From assembly GCA_030141605.1 (NCBI GenBank), contig JAQGDQ010000468.1:1-64000 (forward strand): a DNA stretch of 64,000 bases, read 5' to 3'. Below are positions 10,244-20,180 of the stretch, in pieces; positions within the stretch are counted from its first letter, which is position 1, and each line of letters begins with the position of its first letter. The notes beneath the pieces were generated by a model. The model was not told where the DNA came from, did no database searches, and worked only from the letters and a program-made list of their open reading frames with translations. The translations under genes were made by a program, and so were the position numbers. Source of the stretch: Tubiluchus corallicola (lineage: Eukaryota; Animalia; Priapulida).

Positions 10244-11600
10244 CAATAGTTCGTTAAATAATCATGCAGCGATAGTGCCGTAAGTTATTAATTCTCTGAT
10301 TTTGGATTTATTTTTGGTTAAGTTTGGTCTCACCGCGAACACGCTAAAAAATCTATTTAGCAGTAATTCATTGTGATACATTGTTTTTATATCGGCCATA
10401 GAAAAAGCATTTCTATTGATTTTTGGTATAGCTAACCAGTGGTTAATCTTGGCCAAATTGACTGCAGTAAGAGACGCATTAAAATGAAAATGTAATTTAT
10501 TTTCACTTCTTGCCTGACAGTCTTTCAATCCGGTATATTGTTTTGCATCTCTGTAAATGAACTCAATCTGGAATCTGGCTTGATAATATTCAAGAATCGT
10601 CTCGGCTTTCATTTGCAAATCAGTAGAGAAGTATAACTTGTGAGACCACTTTCGGGATGTTCCTTTTGTAAAAACAACAACAAGATTAACATCTCGTTTT
10701 AATGATTTTGCATAAACTGTTGCTCCGTATATTTTGCATTTTTCGTTTTGCTCAAAGCATTCAAAATATTTTGATTTTAAATTATCAAAGTCAATCTTTC
10801 CTTCATATTTTCTAGGTCTTCCTCTACCAGCTTTTTGCTGACCATAAAATTTGTATTGTAAGTTAGCATCATCTCTCAGGCGACTAATCACTTCAAATCC
10901 ATTTTCGCAAAGCTTGGTTACAAACTTATTCTTTGAAAAATAGGCATCTGCCAAAACGTATTTTGATACACATAACAGATTGTCCTTGCGTTGAATCAAA
11001 ACATTTGCGTAATGATCAACCAGACTTTCTGCTTCAAGATTATTAGGGGTTTGAATAGCTTCTAAATGAAAAGCTGTATGATTATCAATATCAACGGCTG
11101 CTATTCCTGCAATCTCTAAGCCCCATTTTGTTTTGCCGGCACATCCTGACCAAAAGTAACCAGCCCCAGATGTATGCTTTCCTGACTTGCTTATATAGCT
11201 TGGATCAAAGGCTATGGCTTGATGGTTGCTTGCGTAATGGATTACCGACTCTTTGTTAAAAGTCATAAAATCAAACCCTTTTTCAAATTGATATCTATAA
11301 CGTTGCTCACAGTGATTTCCATATCTACCAAATTGAAGAAAGTTCATCTTTCCTTTGATACTAAGAAATAGTCCGAAGATGTCTAGCATAAAATCGAATT
11401 GCCACTTATTTATTCCTTCCATTTGGTTTAAAATCATTTTTACCTGATCTTTATATCTTGATATTTCCTTGATAATCATATCTAAAATTGTCGGTCAAAA
11501 ACAACTTTAAGATACTGATTATCAGGGGGATTATCCTAATTTTTTCAACATTTATTTTATTGATTGTCAGATATTTATGTAAATGTTTAACGAACTATTG
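10244..11600 (-). mobile_element. IS701-like / IS4-superfamily insertion sequence, 1357 bp
   Basis: Perfect 15-bp terminal IRs caatagttcgttaaa; 6-bp direct repeats aatata at 10238-10243 and 11601-11606. Confidence 0.9.
10262..11479 (-). CDS. DDE transposase (IS701-like/IS4 superfamily; exact family uncertain)
   Basis: AFDPSYISKSGK, LADAYF, GRGRPRKY, YQARFQIEFIYRDAKQ (Y-R-E-K signature). Confidence 0.9.
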   Translation of the reverse strand: MIIKEISRYKDQVKMILNQMEGINKWQFDFMLDIFGLFLSIKGKMNFLQFGRYGNHCEQRYRYQFEKGFDFMTFNKESVIHYASNHQAIAFDPSYISKSGKHTSGAGYFWSGCAGKTKWGLEIAGIAAVDIDNHTAFHLEAIQTPNNLEAESLVDHYANVLIQRKDNLLCVSKYVLADAYFSKNKFVTKLCENGFEVISRLRDDANLQYKFYGQQKAGRGRPRKYEGKIDFDNLKSKYFECFEQNEKCKIYGATVYAKSLKRDVNLVVVFTKGTSRKWSHKLYFSTDLQMKAETILEYYQARFQIEFIYRDAKQYTGLKDCQARSENKLHFHFNASLTAVNLAKINHWLAIPKINRNAFSMADIKTMYHNELLLNRFFSVFAVRPNLTKNKSKIRELITYGTIAA

Positions 11601-11767
11601 AATATAGATAACCCAGAATTTTATTTCTTAACACTATGTGCCTATCTTAGCGTACAAAATTGAAGTTAAAAATGGGGTAACCCGAAACCGATGTAACACA
11701 AAATGCTATTGCGGTCTTTAATTATGAACTTAATCTAGTGGTTATAAACTTAAAATTAATCAACCTA

Positions 11768-12379
11768 ATGAAAAGAAACCTTATTTTTTTAATGATTTTC
11801 GCTGTGGCTTTACTTCTGGCCTCTTGCGATAGCAAACCTGAATGGCAATCAATGTTTGACGGCAAAAGCATTGACAACATGACTATTAGGGGTAATGCAA
11901 CCTGGAAAGTTGAAGATGGTGTCCTCATAGGTGAAGGAGGCATGGGGCATATCTATTTTGGGCCTGACCTAACTGATATGGAAGCAAAAGGCACTTTTCG
12001 CCTCACAGACCAGGGAGGTGGCAGTAATAGTGGCTTTTACTTTCGTGCTGTAGAGCCTCCAAACAACCCAAATGGATGGCCACACGGCTATGAAGCTCAA
12101 ATCTGCCACAACCAAGAAGCACGCACAGGCTGGCTTTGGCTACCTGGAAAACCAACAGGGAAAGCATTGAAATTCGTGGGTAAGGATGACGAATGGTTTG
12201 ATTACAAAATCAGTGCCATTGGTAATGAGATAAAATTCTGGTTCAACAATAAACTGGTGATGCACTATACAGATGAAAACTCTACCTTCACCAAAGGACA
12301 CTTCGCTATTCAGGGGCATAACCCGGGAATGAAAATAGAAGCAAAAGACCTGTACTACCGGGATTTAAGCAAAAAATAG
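11768..12379 (+). CDS. DUF1080 family (3-keto-disaccharide hydrolase-like) lipoprotein
   Basis: Lipobox LLASC; WQSMFDGK, WKVEDG, NSGFYFR, GYEAQI, GHFAIQGH; likely start ATG 11768. Confidence 0.85.
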   Translation: MKRNLIFLMIFAVALLLASCDSKPEWQSMFDGKSIDNMTIRGNATWKVEDGVLIGEGGMGHIYFGPDLTDMEAKGTFRLTDQGGGSNSGFYFRAVEPPNNPNGWPHGYEAQICHNQEARTGWLWLPGKPTGKALKFVGKDDEWFDYKISAIGNEIKFWFNNKLVMHYTDENSTFTKGHFAIQGHNPGMKIEAKDLYYRDLSKK

Positions 12380-12396
12380 AAAAACCTATCAACTTT

Positions 12397-12502
12397 GAAA
12401 CCTTTGCAAGTCAAAATATTTTGACTTAAACCGTAATCTACAGATGTAAATAAAGACTTTAAAGAAGATTTTAACAAAAATATTAACTCTTGCAAAAGTC
12501 TC
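12397..12502 (+). repeat. Palindromic MITE-like repeat
   Basis: gaaacctttgcaagtcaaaatattttgac...gtaaataaagactttaaagaagattttaacaaaaatattaactcttgcaaaagtctc. Confidence 0.8.
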
Positions 12503-12629
12503 GAATTGTGCAAAAAAGGTCTCACACTGCAAATGTGGGGAATATCACGAAAGATAATGACACCTCCCGCATATCGACTGAATATAGCTTACTAGCCTGT
12601 GCTCAACTAAAAAAGCAAGAGTGAACAGG

Positions 12630-13205
12630 CTAGTAATTATTCTCTTTAACCTCAAAATAAGATTGAGAATGTAAGCAAGCAGGGCACTTTTGTGGAGCCT
12701 TGGTTGACTGATGAAGAAAGCCACACTTACGACACTTCCAAACTACATCATCATCTTTCTCAAACACCCTGCCAGTCTCAACATTATTGTACATTATGCG
12801 ATACCTCTCCTCGTGCGCCTTCTCCACAGCAGCAATCATCTTGAATGCCACAGCAACCTCCTTAAACCCCTCATCCTCCGCAATCTTTGCAAACATAGGG
12901 TACAACTCTGACCACTCCTCATTTTCTCCATCAGCAGCACTTTTAAGATTTTCCAGTGTTGTCCCTATTACCCCAGCTGGATAAGAGGCAGAAATCTCCA
13001 CCATACCCCCTTCAAGAAACTTGAAAAATCTTTTTGCATGCTCCTTCTCATTTGCCGCAGTCTCTTCAAAAACAGCAGCAATCTGTTCAAAACCATCTTT
13101 CCTTGCCTGCTTGGCAAAATATTCGTAACGCATTCTGGCTTGAGACTCGCCTGCAAAAGCTTTAAGCAGGCTCTGCTCAGTTTGTGTCCCTTTAATACTT
13201 TTCAC
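12630..13205 (-). CDS. rbr: Rubrerythrin
   Basis: [18 protein letters not shown] diiron motifs; C-terminal WKCRKCG...CPAC; GTG start. Confidence 0.95.
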   Translation of the reverse strand: MKSIKGTQTEQSLLKAFAGESQARMRYEYFAKQARKDGFEQIAAVFEETAANEKEHAKRFFKFLEGGMVEISASYPAGVIGTTLENLKSAADGENEEWSELYPMFAKIAEDEGFKEVAVAFKMIAAVEKAHEERYRIMYNNVETGRVFEKDDDVVWKCRKCGFLHQSTKAPQKCPACLHSQSYFEVKENNY

Positions 13206-13315
13206 TTGGTTAATAGATTTTGTTTAGTAAGCAATAAAACTACAATAATTATACTCATTTAAAAAAAACTCCTCCAAATCAAATATAATCTTTTTGAAGA
13301 CAATAACATGCAATG

Positions 13316-13450
13316 GCACCTTTACTAAACTAAAAAATCGGGTTAGGCCAAAAAATAATCTGCAAAAAAGCCATAGCTTACTGATATAAATGAAGATCTT
13401 GAAAAAAAAATGACAAAAAATAATAAAAAGACAAATATTGCAAAGCTTTA
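13316..13450 (+). repeat. Palindromic MITE-like repeat (degenerate)
   Basis: gcacctttactaa...gcttactgatataaatgaagatcttgaaa...aataaaaagacaaatattgcaaagcttta. Confidence 0.65.
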
Positions 13451-13492
13451 AAAATAAACTTTCGATATTTGTGTAATATGACAATATGGTAT

Positions 13493-13608
13493 GAAACCTT
13501 TGCAAAGCGAGTTATTCTAAAAAAATCAATTAAAAACCATAATTTACTGACGTGAATTAAGCCTTTAAAGAAAACTTTAATAAAAAGATGAGATTTTGCA
13601 AAGCCCTC
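13493..13608 (+). repeat. Palindromic MITE-like repeat
   Basis: gaaacctttgcaaagc...aaaaaccataatttactgacgtgaat...taaaaagatgagattttgcaaagccctc. Confidence 0.8.
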
Positions 13609-13651
13609 AAAATGTGAATAACTGACACCTTGCTTGACAGTATAGCAAGTA

Positions 13652-13681
13652 TTATGAACTATAACCTTATGAACTATAACC
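13652..13681 (+). repeat. Perfect 15-bp tandem duplication upstream of the symporter start
   Basis: ttatgaactataacc x2. Confidence 0.85.
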
Positions 13682-13685
13682 TACT

Positions 13686-15347
13686 ATGAGCGCTCTTGAC
13701 TGGAGTATTTTGAGCCTTTTTATACTTGCCCTTATAGGAATAATTATTTGGGTTCTGAGACAAAAAGAGGATAACACTACAGACTATTTTCTTGCTGGAC
13801 GCGACGCCACGTGGATTGCTATAGGAGCCTCCATCTTTGCATCCAACATTGGATCGGAGCACTTAGTAGGATTAGCAGGAGCAGGAGCCGAAAGTGGAAT
13901 GGCAATGGCTCACTGGGAGATGCACGGATGGCTTATTCTGATACTGGGATGGCTTTTTGTGCCATTCTACTCCAGGAGTAAAGTATTTACCATACCCGAA
14001 TTTCTCGAAAAAAGATATAATGCCCAGTCAAGGTCGTTCCTTTCCATAATATCATTAGTAAGCTATGTACTTACCAAAGTAGCTGTTACTGTATATGCTG
14101 GTGGAGTAGTGTTTAAAGACATATTTAACATCGATGCTATAAGATTTGGAAGTGTGGAAATCGACTTTTTCTGGATTAGCGCAATAGGACTCGTTGTGCT
14201 TACAGGGCTGTATACTACCTTTGGAGGAATGAAAGCAGTGCTGTATACTTCAATGCTACAAACTCCCGTGCTCCTTATAGGATCTTTAATGGTACTGATA
14301 ATTGGGTTGACAAAAATAGGTGGATGGGGAGAAATGATGGAGGTCTGTCGCGCCAACATATCGGAACATGGCGACCCAATGACCAGCCTTATGCGCTCAT
14401 CAAAAGACCCGGATTTCCCATGGACAGGTATCTTGCTGGGGTCGGCAATTATAGGATTTTGGTATTGGTGTACAGATCAGTTTATAGTACAGCGGGTGCT
14501 TGCGGGGCGTGATCAAAAACAATCACGAAGAGGGGCCATCTTTGGAGCTTACCTAAAAATAACACCCATATTTATATTTCTGATACCTGGAATGATTGCA
14601 TACACAATGCATCAAAAAGGAATGATAAATCTACACTCAAATGATGCTGCCTTTTCCACACTAGTAAAAGAGCTGTTACCAGCAGGGTTTAAGGGTATTG
14701 TTGTAGGAGGAATACTCGCAGCATTAATGAGTTCGCTAGCATCACTCTTTAACTCCTCCTCAATGCTATTTACCGTTGATTTTTACAAAAAATACAGACC
14801 TGAATTATCTGAAAAACACTATGTATTCGTAGGAAGGATAGCTACAATTATTATTGTGTGTCTGGGTATAATGTGGATTCCGGTTATGAAAGGACTGGGA
14901 AAAGTACTATATGAATACCTTCAGGATGTCCAGTCTCTATTAGCTCCTGGAATAGCTGCCGTCTTTTTGCTTGGGATACTTACGAAAAGAACAACACCTA
15001 AGGCCGGATTTTATGGGCTCGTAATTGGCTTCGTACTTGGAATGTCACGCCTGGTATTAAAAATATTTGCAGAACAGATAGGACAGGATAATATACTGTA
15101 CAGACTGTTCATTGCCCCCAACTGGCTGCACTATGAAATATATCTATTTTTTATTGTAATTGCAGCCATGATCATCATTAGCTACTTCACAAAACAGGCA
15201 GATGAAAAAAGCATAAAGGGGTTAACGCTGAAATCGGCATCGCCTGAGCAGATTGCAGAAACACGTGCAAGCTGGGGAAAATGGGATATTATCAACTCTA
15301 TTATCATTATCACAATTACTATACTATTTTACATATATTTTTGGTAA
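13686..15347 (+). CDS. Sodium:solute symporter (SGLT-like sugar transporter)
   Basis: DYFLAGR, ASNIGSEHLVGLAG, WYWCTDQFIVQRVLA; multiple TM segments. Confidence 0.92.
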   Translation: MSALDWSILSLFILALIGIIIWVLRQKEDNTTDYFLAGRDATWIAIGASIFASNIGSEHLVGLAGAGAESGMAMAHWEMHGWLILILGWLFVPFYSRSKVFTIPEFLEKRYNAQSRSFLSIISLVSYVLTKVAVTVYAGGVVFKDIFNIDAIRFGSVEIDFFWISAIGLVVLTGLYTTFGGMKAVLYTSMLQTPVLLIGSLMVLIIGLTKIGGWGEMMEVCRANISEHGDPMTSLMRSSKDPDFPWTGILLGSAIIGFWYWCTDQFIVQRVLAGRDQKQSRRGAIFGAYLKITPIFIFLIPGMIAYTMHQKGMINLHSNDAAFSTLVKELLPAGFKGIVVGGILAALMSSLASLFNSSSMLFTVDFYKKYRPELSEKHYVFVGRIATIIIVCLGIMWIPVMKGLGKVLYEYLQDVQSLLAPGIAAVFLLGILTKRTTPKAGFYGLVIGFVLGMSRLVLKIFAEQIGQDNILYRLFIAPNWLHYEIYLFFIVIAAMIIISYFTKQADEKSIKGLTLKSASPEQIAETRASWGKWDIINSIIIITITILFYIYFW

Positions 15348-15390
15348 CTTCAGTTGCACAAAAACTAAATCAGACATGAAAATCAAAACA

Positions 15391-15516
15391 GAAACATTTG
15401 TATGGCAAAACACCTTAGTTAAAACTGAAAAAAATCGATGAAAAATCACATCTTATCAGTATAAATGAGAATTCTAACAAACATACCGATAGGAAAATGG
15501 ATCTTGCAAAGATCTC
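15391..15516 (+). repeat. Palindromic MITE-like repeat
   Basis: gaaacatttgta...gatgaaaaatcacatcttatcagtataaatgagaattctaacaaa...atcttgcaaagatctc. Confidence 0.7.
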
Positions 15517-15678
15517 ATAGCTGATTACGGTCACAAATTAACGCATGTGAAAGTTTAAAAACATAAAATATTTTGATTACTTTACATAATCAAAACTCAC
15601 AGACATCTCAGTATGCCAACTTTAAATTTTTAACTCAAATAAATACTTTTAATATTTCAAATTAAATCAATAATAACA

Positions 15679-17037
15679 ATGGACAAACAGACTGAAAATA
15701 GAAGAAGCTTTGTAAAAAAAGCAGCCATTGGGGCTACAGGGTTAACAGTGGGGATGAGTGCTAAAAGTTATGGACGGATTATAGGAGCTAACGATCGTGT
15801 AAACGTTGGTATAGTAGGTTTTTCAAATAGAGCCAAAGGCTCACTCATTCCATCCCTCCTGAAACACAGCAAACAGCAAAACTTTGATATAATAGGTGTA
15901 TCAGACCTGTGGAAGCGTCGAAGAGCGGAAGGTAAAGAAAATATTGAAAACAAAGTCGGGCATAAAATCAAAGCTTACCGTAACAACGATGAACTGTATG
16001 ACGACAAGAACATTGATGCAGTAATTATATCTACGCCCGACTTTGCACATGCATTGCACACTGTTGAAGCAGCAGAAGCGAAAAAGGACGCTTTTGTTGA
16101 AAAACCATTTGCCGAAACGATGGAAGACAACAGGAAAGCGTTAGAAGCAGTAAAAAAATCTGGAATTATTGTACAAATAGGGTCGCAACGTAGAAGTGGC
16201 AGAAATTACCACGCTGCAAACGAATACATTAAGTCTGGCAAATTCGGAGACATTGTTATGGTTGAAATGACGTGGAATGTAAACCAGCCAGGTAGGTGGA
16301 GGCTACCAAACCTTATTAAAGAAATAAGAGAGAAAGATACTGACTGGAAACGCTTCCTTTTAAATAGACCATATGAAAAATGGGACCCAAGAAAATACTG
16401 TGAATACCGTCTATTCTGGCCATACTCTTCAGGTATACCTGGACAGTGGATGGCACACCAGATAGACACAGTACACTGGTTTGCCGATCTTCCTCATCCA
16501 CGTAGTGTAGCTGCTAATGGTGGCATATATCTTTGGAAGGATGGCCGCAAAAACAATGACACCATGACAGCAGTATTCGACTATGGCTCATTCAATGACA
16601 ACTCTAAGGGATTTCAGGTTCTATACTCATCAAGGTTTACAAATTCAGCGGGAGGAATAAAAGAAATATACTACTCTAATGGGGGTGAACTCAATTTGCA
16701 AACCAATATGGTAACTCCCAGTGGAGGGCTAACAGAAAAACATGCCTCAAGAATGAACATTAAACCCAACCTACTGGAAGAGTACTCCCTATCCGATAGC
16801 AATGTTAAAGTTGTAACATCAGCCAATACAGGTGCAGACAACACCACAACTCTACACATGCTAAACTGGATGGAGTGTATAAGAAGCCGTAAAACCCCTA
16901 ATGCTTCTGTCGAGTCGGGATATAACCACTCTATCGCCAATATAATGACAACTGCAGCCTTGAGAACAGGACAGTTTGTTACATTTGACAGAAAAAATCA
17001 GGAAGTCCTGGCGGGAGGCAAAGTATTTAAATATTAA
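15679..17037 (+). CDS. Tat-exported Gfo/Idh/MocA family oxidoreductase
   Basis: NRRSFVKK twin-arginine signal; GANDRVNVGIVG; VEKP; QIGSQRRS. Confidence 0.9.
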   Translation: MDKQTENRRSFVKKAAIGATGLTVGMSAKSYGRIIGANDRVNVGIVGFSNRAKGSLIPSLLKHSKQQNFDIIGVSDLWKRRRAEGKENIENKVGHKIKAYRNNDELYDDKNIDAVIISTPDFAHALHTVEAAEAKKDAFVEKPFAETMEDNRKALEAVKKSGIIVQIGSQRRSGRNYHAANEYIKSGKFGDIVMVEMTWNVNQPGRWRLPNLIKEIREKDTDWKRFLLNRPYEKWDPRKYCEYRLFWPYSSGIPGQWMAHQIDTVHWFADLPHPRSVAANGGIYLWKDGRKNNDTMTAVFDYGSFNDNSKGFQVLYSSRFTNSAGGIKEIYYSNGGELNLQTNMVTPSGGLTEKHASRMNIKPNLLEEYSLSDSNVKVVTSANTGADNTTTLHMLNWMECIRSRKTPNASVESGYNHSIANIMTTAALRTGQFVTFDRKNQEVLAGGKVFKY

Positions 17038-17059
17038 GCTGATACTGATTGACACAAAG

Positions 17060-17102
17060 CATCGCTCTGCTTTATGGTTAAACATCCTATAGCAGGGCGA
17101 TG
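17060..17102. terminator. Hairpin between convergent genes
   Basis: catcgctctgct...agcagggcgatg stem. Confidence 0.5.
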
Positions 17103-17108
17103 TCCTTA

Positions 17109-17834
17109 CTAAGTAAGTAGCTGCTTGCCACTGTCACAAAATAGAATCTGTCCTGTCAAATCATCATTATCCAGTATATACTCCAGGCTCTTTACTACAG
17201 GTAAAAGACCTGCGGCCCTCTTCAATGGCACACCCTCTATCTTCTTTTCAAAACCTTCCGGCTTATGCTCCTGTGGGAGAATAAGCCCAGGAGCTATTGC
17301 ATTAACCCTGAAACTTGGTGCAAACTCAAGAGCTGACATCTTTGTAAGTTCCCACAACAGCTTTTTTGAAAGGGTATAAATGGCATAGTTGCACTCATTG
17401 CTTGTTACTCGGGTATCTAAAAAGTTAACTATAACGCCTTCGTTCGAATACTTCACATAATCCCTGGAGAGAATAAAAGGAGAGCAGAAATTTATACCGA
17501 TATGTCTCTCAAGCATATCCATACTGGTATCTTTGATGCAGCCCTCTTCAAATATTGATGCATTATTTACTAAAAGGTTAAGGCCACCAAACATGTCCAT
17601 AACACTTGAAATAAGGTTCTCTACCTCAGAAACCTTACTAAAATCAGCCCTTAGCAGCCTAAAACTATTATCAGGGAAAGACATCTTTAACTCCTTCTCC
17701 AACACCTGCACCTTTTCGCGCGAAGTGTTGTAGTGTAAAGCCAGATCCCAACCCTTGCTTGCCAGGTAGCGGGAAATAGCATTACCAATACGCTTGGCAC
17801 TACCAGTAACCAAAGCAACTTTACTCTTACTCAT
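17109..17834 (-). CDS. SDR oxidoreductase, pteridine reductase/FolM-like
   Basis: TGSAKRIG, LVNNAS, YTLSK, RVNAIAPG. Confidence 0.8.
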   Translation of the reverse strand: MSKSKVALVTGSAKRIGNAISRYLASKGWDLALHYNTSREKVQVLEKELKMSFPDNSFRLLRADFSKVSEVENLISSVMDMFGGLNLLVNNASIFEEGCIKDTSMDMLERHIGINFCSPFILSRDYVKYSNEGVIVNFLDTRVTSNECNYAIYTLSKKLLWELTKMSALEFAPSFRVNAIAPGLILPQEHKPEGFEKKIEGVPLKRAAGLLPVVKSLEYILDNDDLTGQILFCDSGKQLLT

Positions 17835-17879
17835 CCTTCCTCATTTAAATTAATGCTTTTAAAGGTAAATGGAAAATAT

Positions 17880-17950
17880 GGAACCTTTGCAAAACTTACC
17901 TTTTTGTTAAATATTTTCTTAAAAAGTCTCCTTGAAAACTACCACTTTGC
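17880..17950 (-). repeat. Partial reverse-orientation copy of the palindromic repeat
   Basis: ggaacctttgcaaaacttacctttttgttaaatattttc matches the reverse complement of the consensus right arm. Confidence 0.6.
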
Positions 17951-18002
17951 ACCCCCACCTCTTAACTTTTACCAGCCTGTTTTGTGTTATTTGAGGTATT
18001 GC

Positions 18003-18010
18003 TAACTTTG
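18003..18010 (+). promoter_or_regulatory. Bacteroidota -7 element (TAACTTTG)
   Basis: TAnnTTTG 17 nt upstream of the mltG ATG. Confidence 0.55.
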
Positions 18011-18027
18011 CGTAAAATAATTTTGTT

Positions 18028-19089
18028 ATGGGGATAAAACAGAAAAACCGTCCATTAGTTTTTCCGAGACTTGTTCGGGGGACTGCTCTTATATTGGGGA
18101 TAAGCGCTGCTATCGCTCTATACTATGTCTATGGCCTGTATAAATCTGTATTCCACCCAAACGTGAAAAAAGATGGTATTATCTATATTACCGACAACGC
18201 ATCATACCAACAAGTGCTAGATACTTTAACGGCAGGTGACTTCCTAAAAAAAGCCAAAACCGTTAACTGGGTAGCAAACAAAAAAAAATACCCTGACATG
18301 GTTAAGCCCGGAGCATATAAACTTGAAAAGGGTTGGAACAACAATAAACTTATTAATGTACTTAGATCAGGCGAACAGGTGCCAATAAAAGTAACATTTA
18401 ACAATATAAGGTTACTCGAATCCCTCTCAGGGCGCTTATCAAAATACTTCCAAGCCGACTCATCAGCATTCTCTGAAATTTTGCTGAGCCCCGAAACCGC
18501 AAAAGAATATGGATTCTCCACAGAATCTTTTCCCGCTATGTTCATACCCAATACCTATGAATTCTATTGGACCACAAAACCCAAAAAATTTGTAGATAGA
18601 ATGAAAACAGAATATACTCAATTCTGGTCTGAAGAACGTGCAAAAAAAGCTAGCAAGATTGGGTTCACACCTTTAGAAGTGACCATTATCGCATCAATTG
18701 TTCAGGAAGAAACTGTGAAAGAATCTGAAAAATGCAGGATCGCAGGTGTCTATATCAACAGATTGAAAAAAGGGTGGCCCTTAGGCGCTGACCCAACCAT
18801 AAAATTTGCTATCGGTGACTTTTCCATAAAACGCATTCTGTACAAAGACCTCAATATAGACTCTCCCTACAACACATATAAGCACTCAGGATTACCACCA
18901 GGCCCAATCAACCTCCCCGACATCTCAAGCATTGATTCAGTATTAAACTTTGAACACCATAAATACATGTACTTTTGCGCAAGAGAAGACTTTTCCGGAT
19001 ACCATAACTTTGCCGTAACAGCCGCACAACACTCACGCAACACAAAAAAATATCATAATGCTCTCAACAAGAATAGTATAAAAAGGTAG
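18028..19089 (+). CDS. mltG: Endolytic transglycosylase MltG
   Basis: ASIVQEET, IAGVYINRL, DPT, SPYNTY...GLPPGPI. Confidence 0.93.
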   Translation: MGIKQKNRPLVFPRLVRGTALILGISAAIALYYVYGLYKSVFHPNVKKDGIIYITDNASYQQVLDTLTAGDFLKKAKTVNWVANKKKYPDMVKPGAYKLEKGWNNNKLINVLRSGEQVPIKVTFNNIRLLESLSGRLSKYFQADSSAFSEILLSPETAKEYGFSTESFPAMFIPNTYEFYWTTKPKKFVDRMKTEYTQFWSEERAKKASKIGFTPLEVTIIASIVQEETVKESEKCRIAGVYINRLKKGWPLGADPTIKFAIGDFSIKRILYKDLNIDSPYNTYKHSGLPPGPINLPDISSIDSVLNFEHHKYMYFCAREDFSGYHNFAVTAAQHSRNTKKYHNALNKNSIKR

Positions 19090-19123
19090 TGGACCTTACT
19101 CTCTTTTTCTAACCATAAATAGG

Positions 19124-20140
19124 TCAAACAACACTTACCTCCCTTTCCAGCTCTATCTCAAACTTCCTCAGCACATCACCTCTTATGCGTTCCGATAGCT
19201 CAAATATCTCTTTCCCCGTTGCTCCCCCTCTGTTGACTAAGATCAAAGCCTGCTTGTCATGAACAGCAGCATCACCCAGTGCTTTCCCCTTCCAGCCAGT
19301 CTGCTCTATCAGCCATCCTGCCGCTACCTTCACACCGTTTTCTCCAACATAATACAACGGAATATGAGGATACTTATCCCTGAGACTACTAGCGTGACTC
19401 GTACTTATCGTTGGATTTTTGAAAAAACTCCCAGCACTACCCACCGTATCAAAATCAGGGAGCTTCGACTTGCGTATGTCAACGACTGCATCTCTTATAC
19501 TGCACAAAGACACCTCTCCAAATCCCTCCACCTCCCTTTTCAAACCTTCATAATCTAAACAAGGATTTGGAACCTTAGATAACCTGAAAATGACAGATGT
19601 AATAACAAATTCGTCTTTCAATCCAGCTTTAAAAATACTGTCACGGTAAGAAAAACAGCACTCCTCTCCAGGAAGCTCCTTAACTGCAAGCTCTTTTAAA
19701 CTTACCCCTCTTACAGCCTCGATAACTGAGCCGACCTCCACTCCATAAGCCCCAATATTTTGAACAGGGGCAGCCCCAACCGTCCCAGGAATATAAGAAA
19801 GATTTTCAATGCCCCACCAACCGTTTAACACACATCCTTTAACAAAACTATCCCAGATAACACCCGCTCCTGCTTCGACCCAAACAAACCGCTCATCCTC
19901 CTTCACTACAACAACCCCTTCGATCATCGGCCTAATAATCAACCCATGAAAATCACGTGTAAACAACAGGTTGCTTCCTGAGCCCATAACTAAGCACCTT
20001 GAATAGGTGCCGCTACACTTGTCAGACAAAAAATTGATAAGCTCAAGACTGTCATCAAACTCAAGAAAAAAATCTGCATTCTGGCGAATATTGAAGGTTG
20101 TTTTCCCCAGCAACGAAACATGGTGGTAAAGATTTAGCAT
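19124..20140 (-). CDS. murB: UDP-N-acetylmuramate dehydrogenase
   Basis: GSGSNLLF, IPGTVGAAPVQNIGAYG, GSFFKNP, HDKQALILVN, LEREV; likely start ATG 20140. Confidence 0.95.
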   Translation of the reverse strand: MLNLYHHVSLLGKTTFNIRQNADFFLEFDDSLELINFLSDKCSGTYSRCLVMGSGSNLLFTRDFHGLIIRPMIEGVVVVKEDERFVWVEAGAGVIWDSFVKGCVLNGWWGIENLSYIPGTVGAAPVQNIGAYGVEVGSVIEAVRGVSLKELAVKELPGEECCFSYRDSIFKAGLKDEFVITSVIFRLSKVPNPCLDYEGLKREVEGFGEVSLCSIRDAVVDIRKSKLPDFDTVGSAGSFFKNPTISTSHASSLRDKYPHIPLYYVGENGVKVAAGWLIEQTGWKGKALGDAAVHDKQALILVNRGGATGKEIFELSERIRGDVLRKFEIELEREVSVV

Positions 20141-20180
20141 AAAAGCTTTGACAAATAAATACAAGAAATAAAGACAGCAC

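Noticed and set aside
2657-11600. Composite transposon carrying susCD between the two IS elements
   Set aside because: The IS elements belong to different families, and the second has its own target duplication, indicating an independent insertion.
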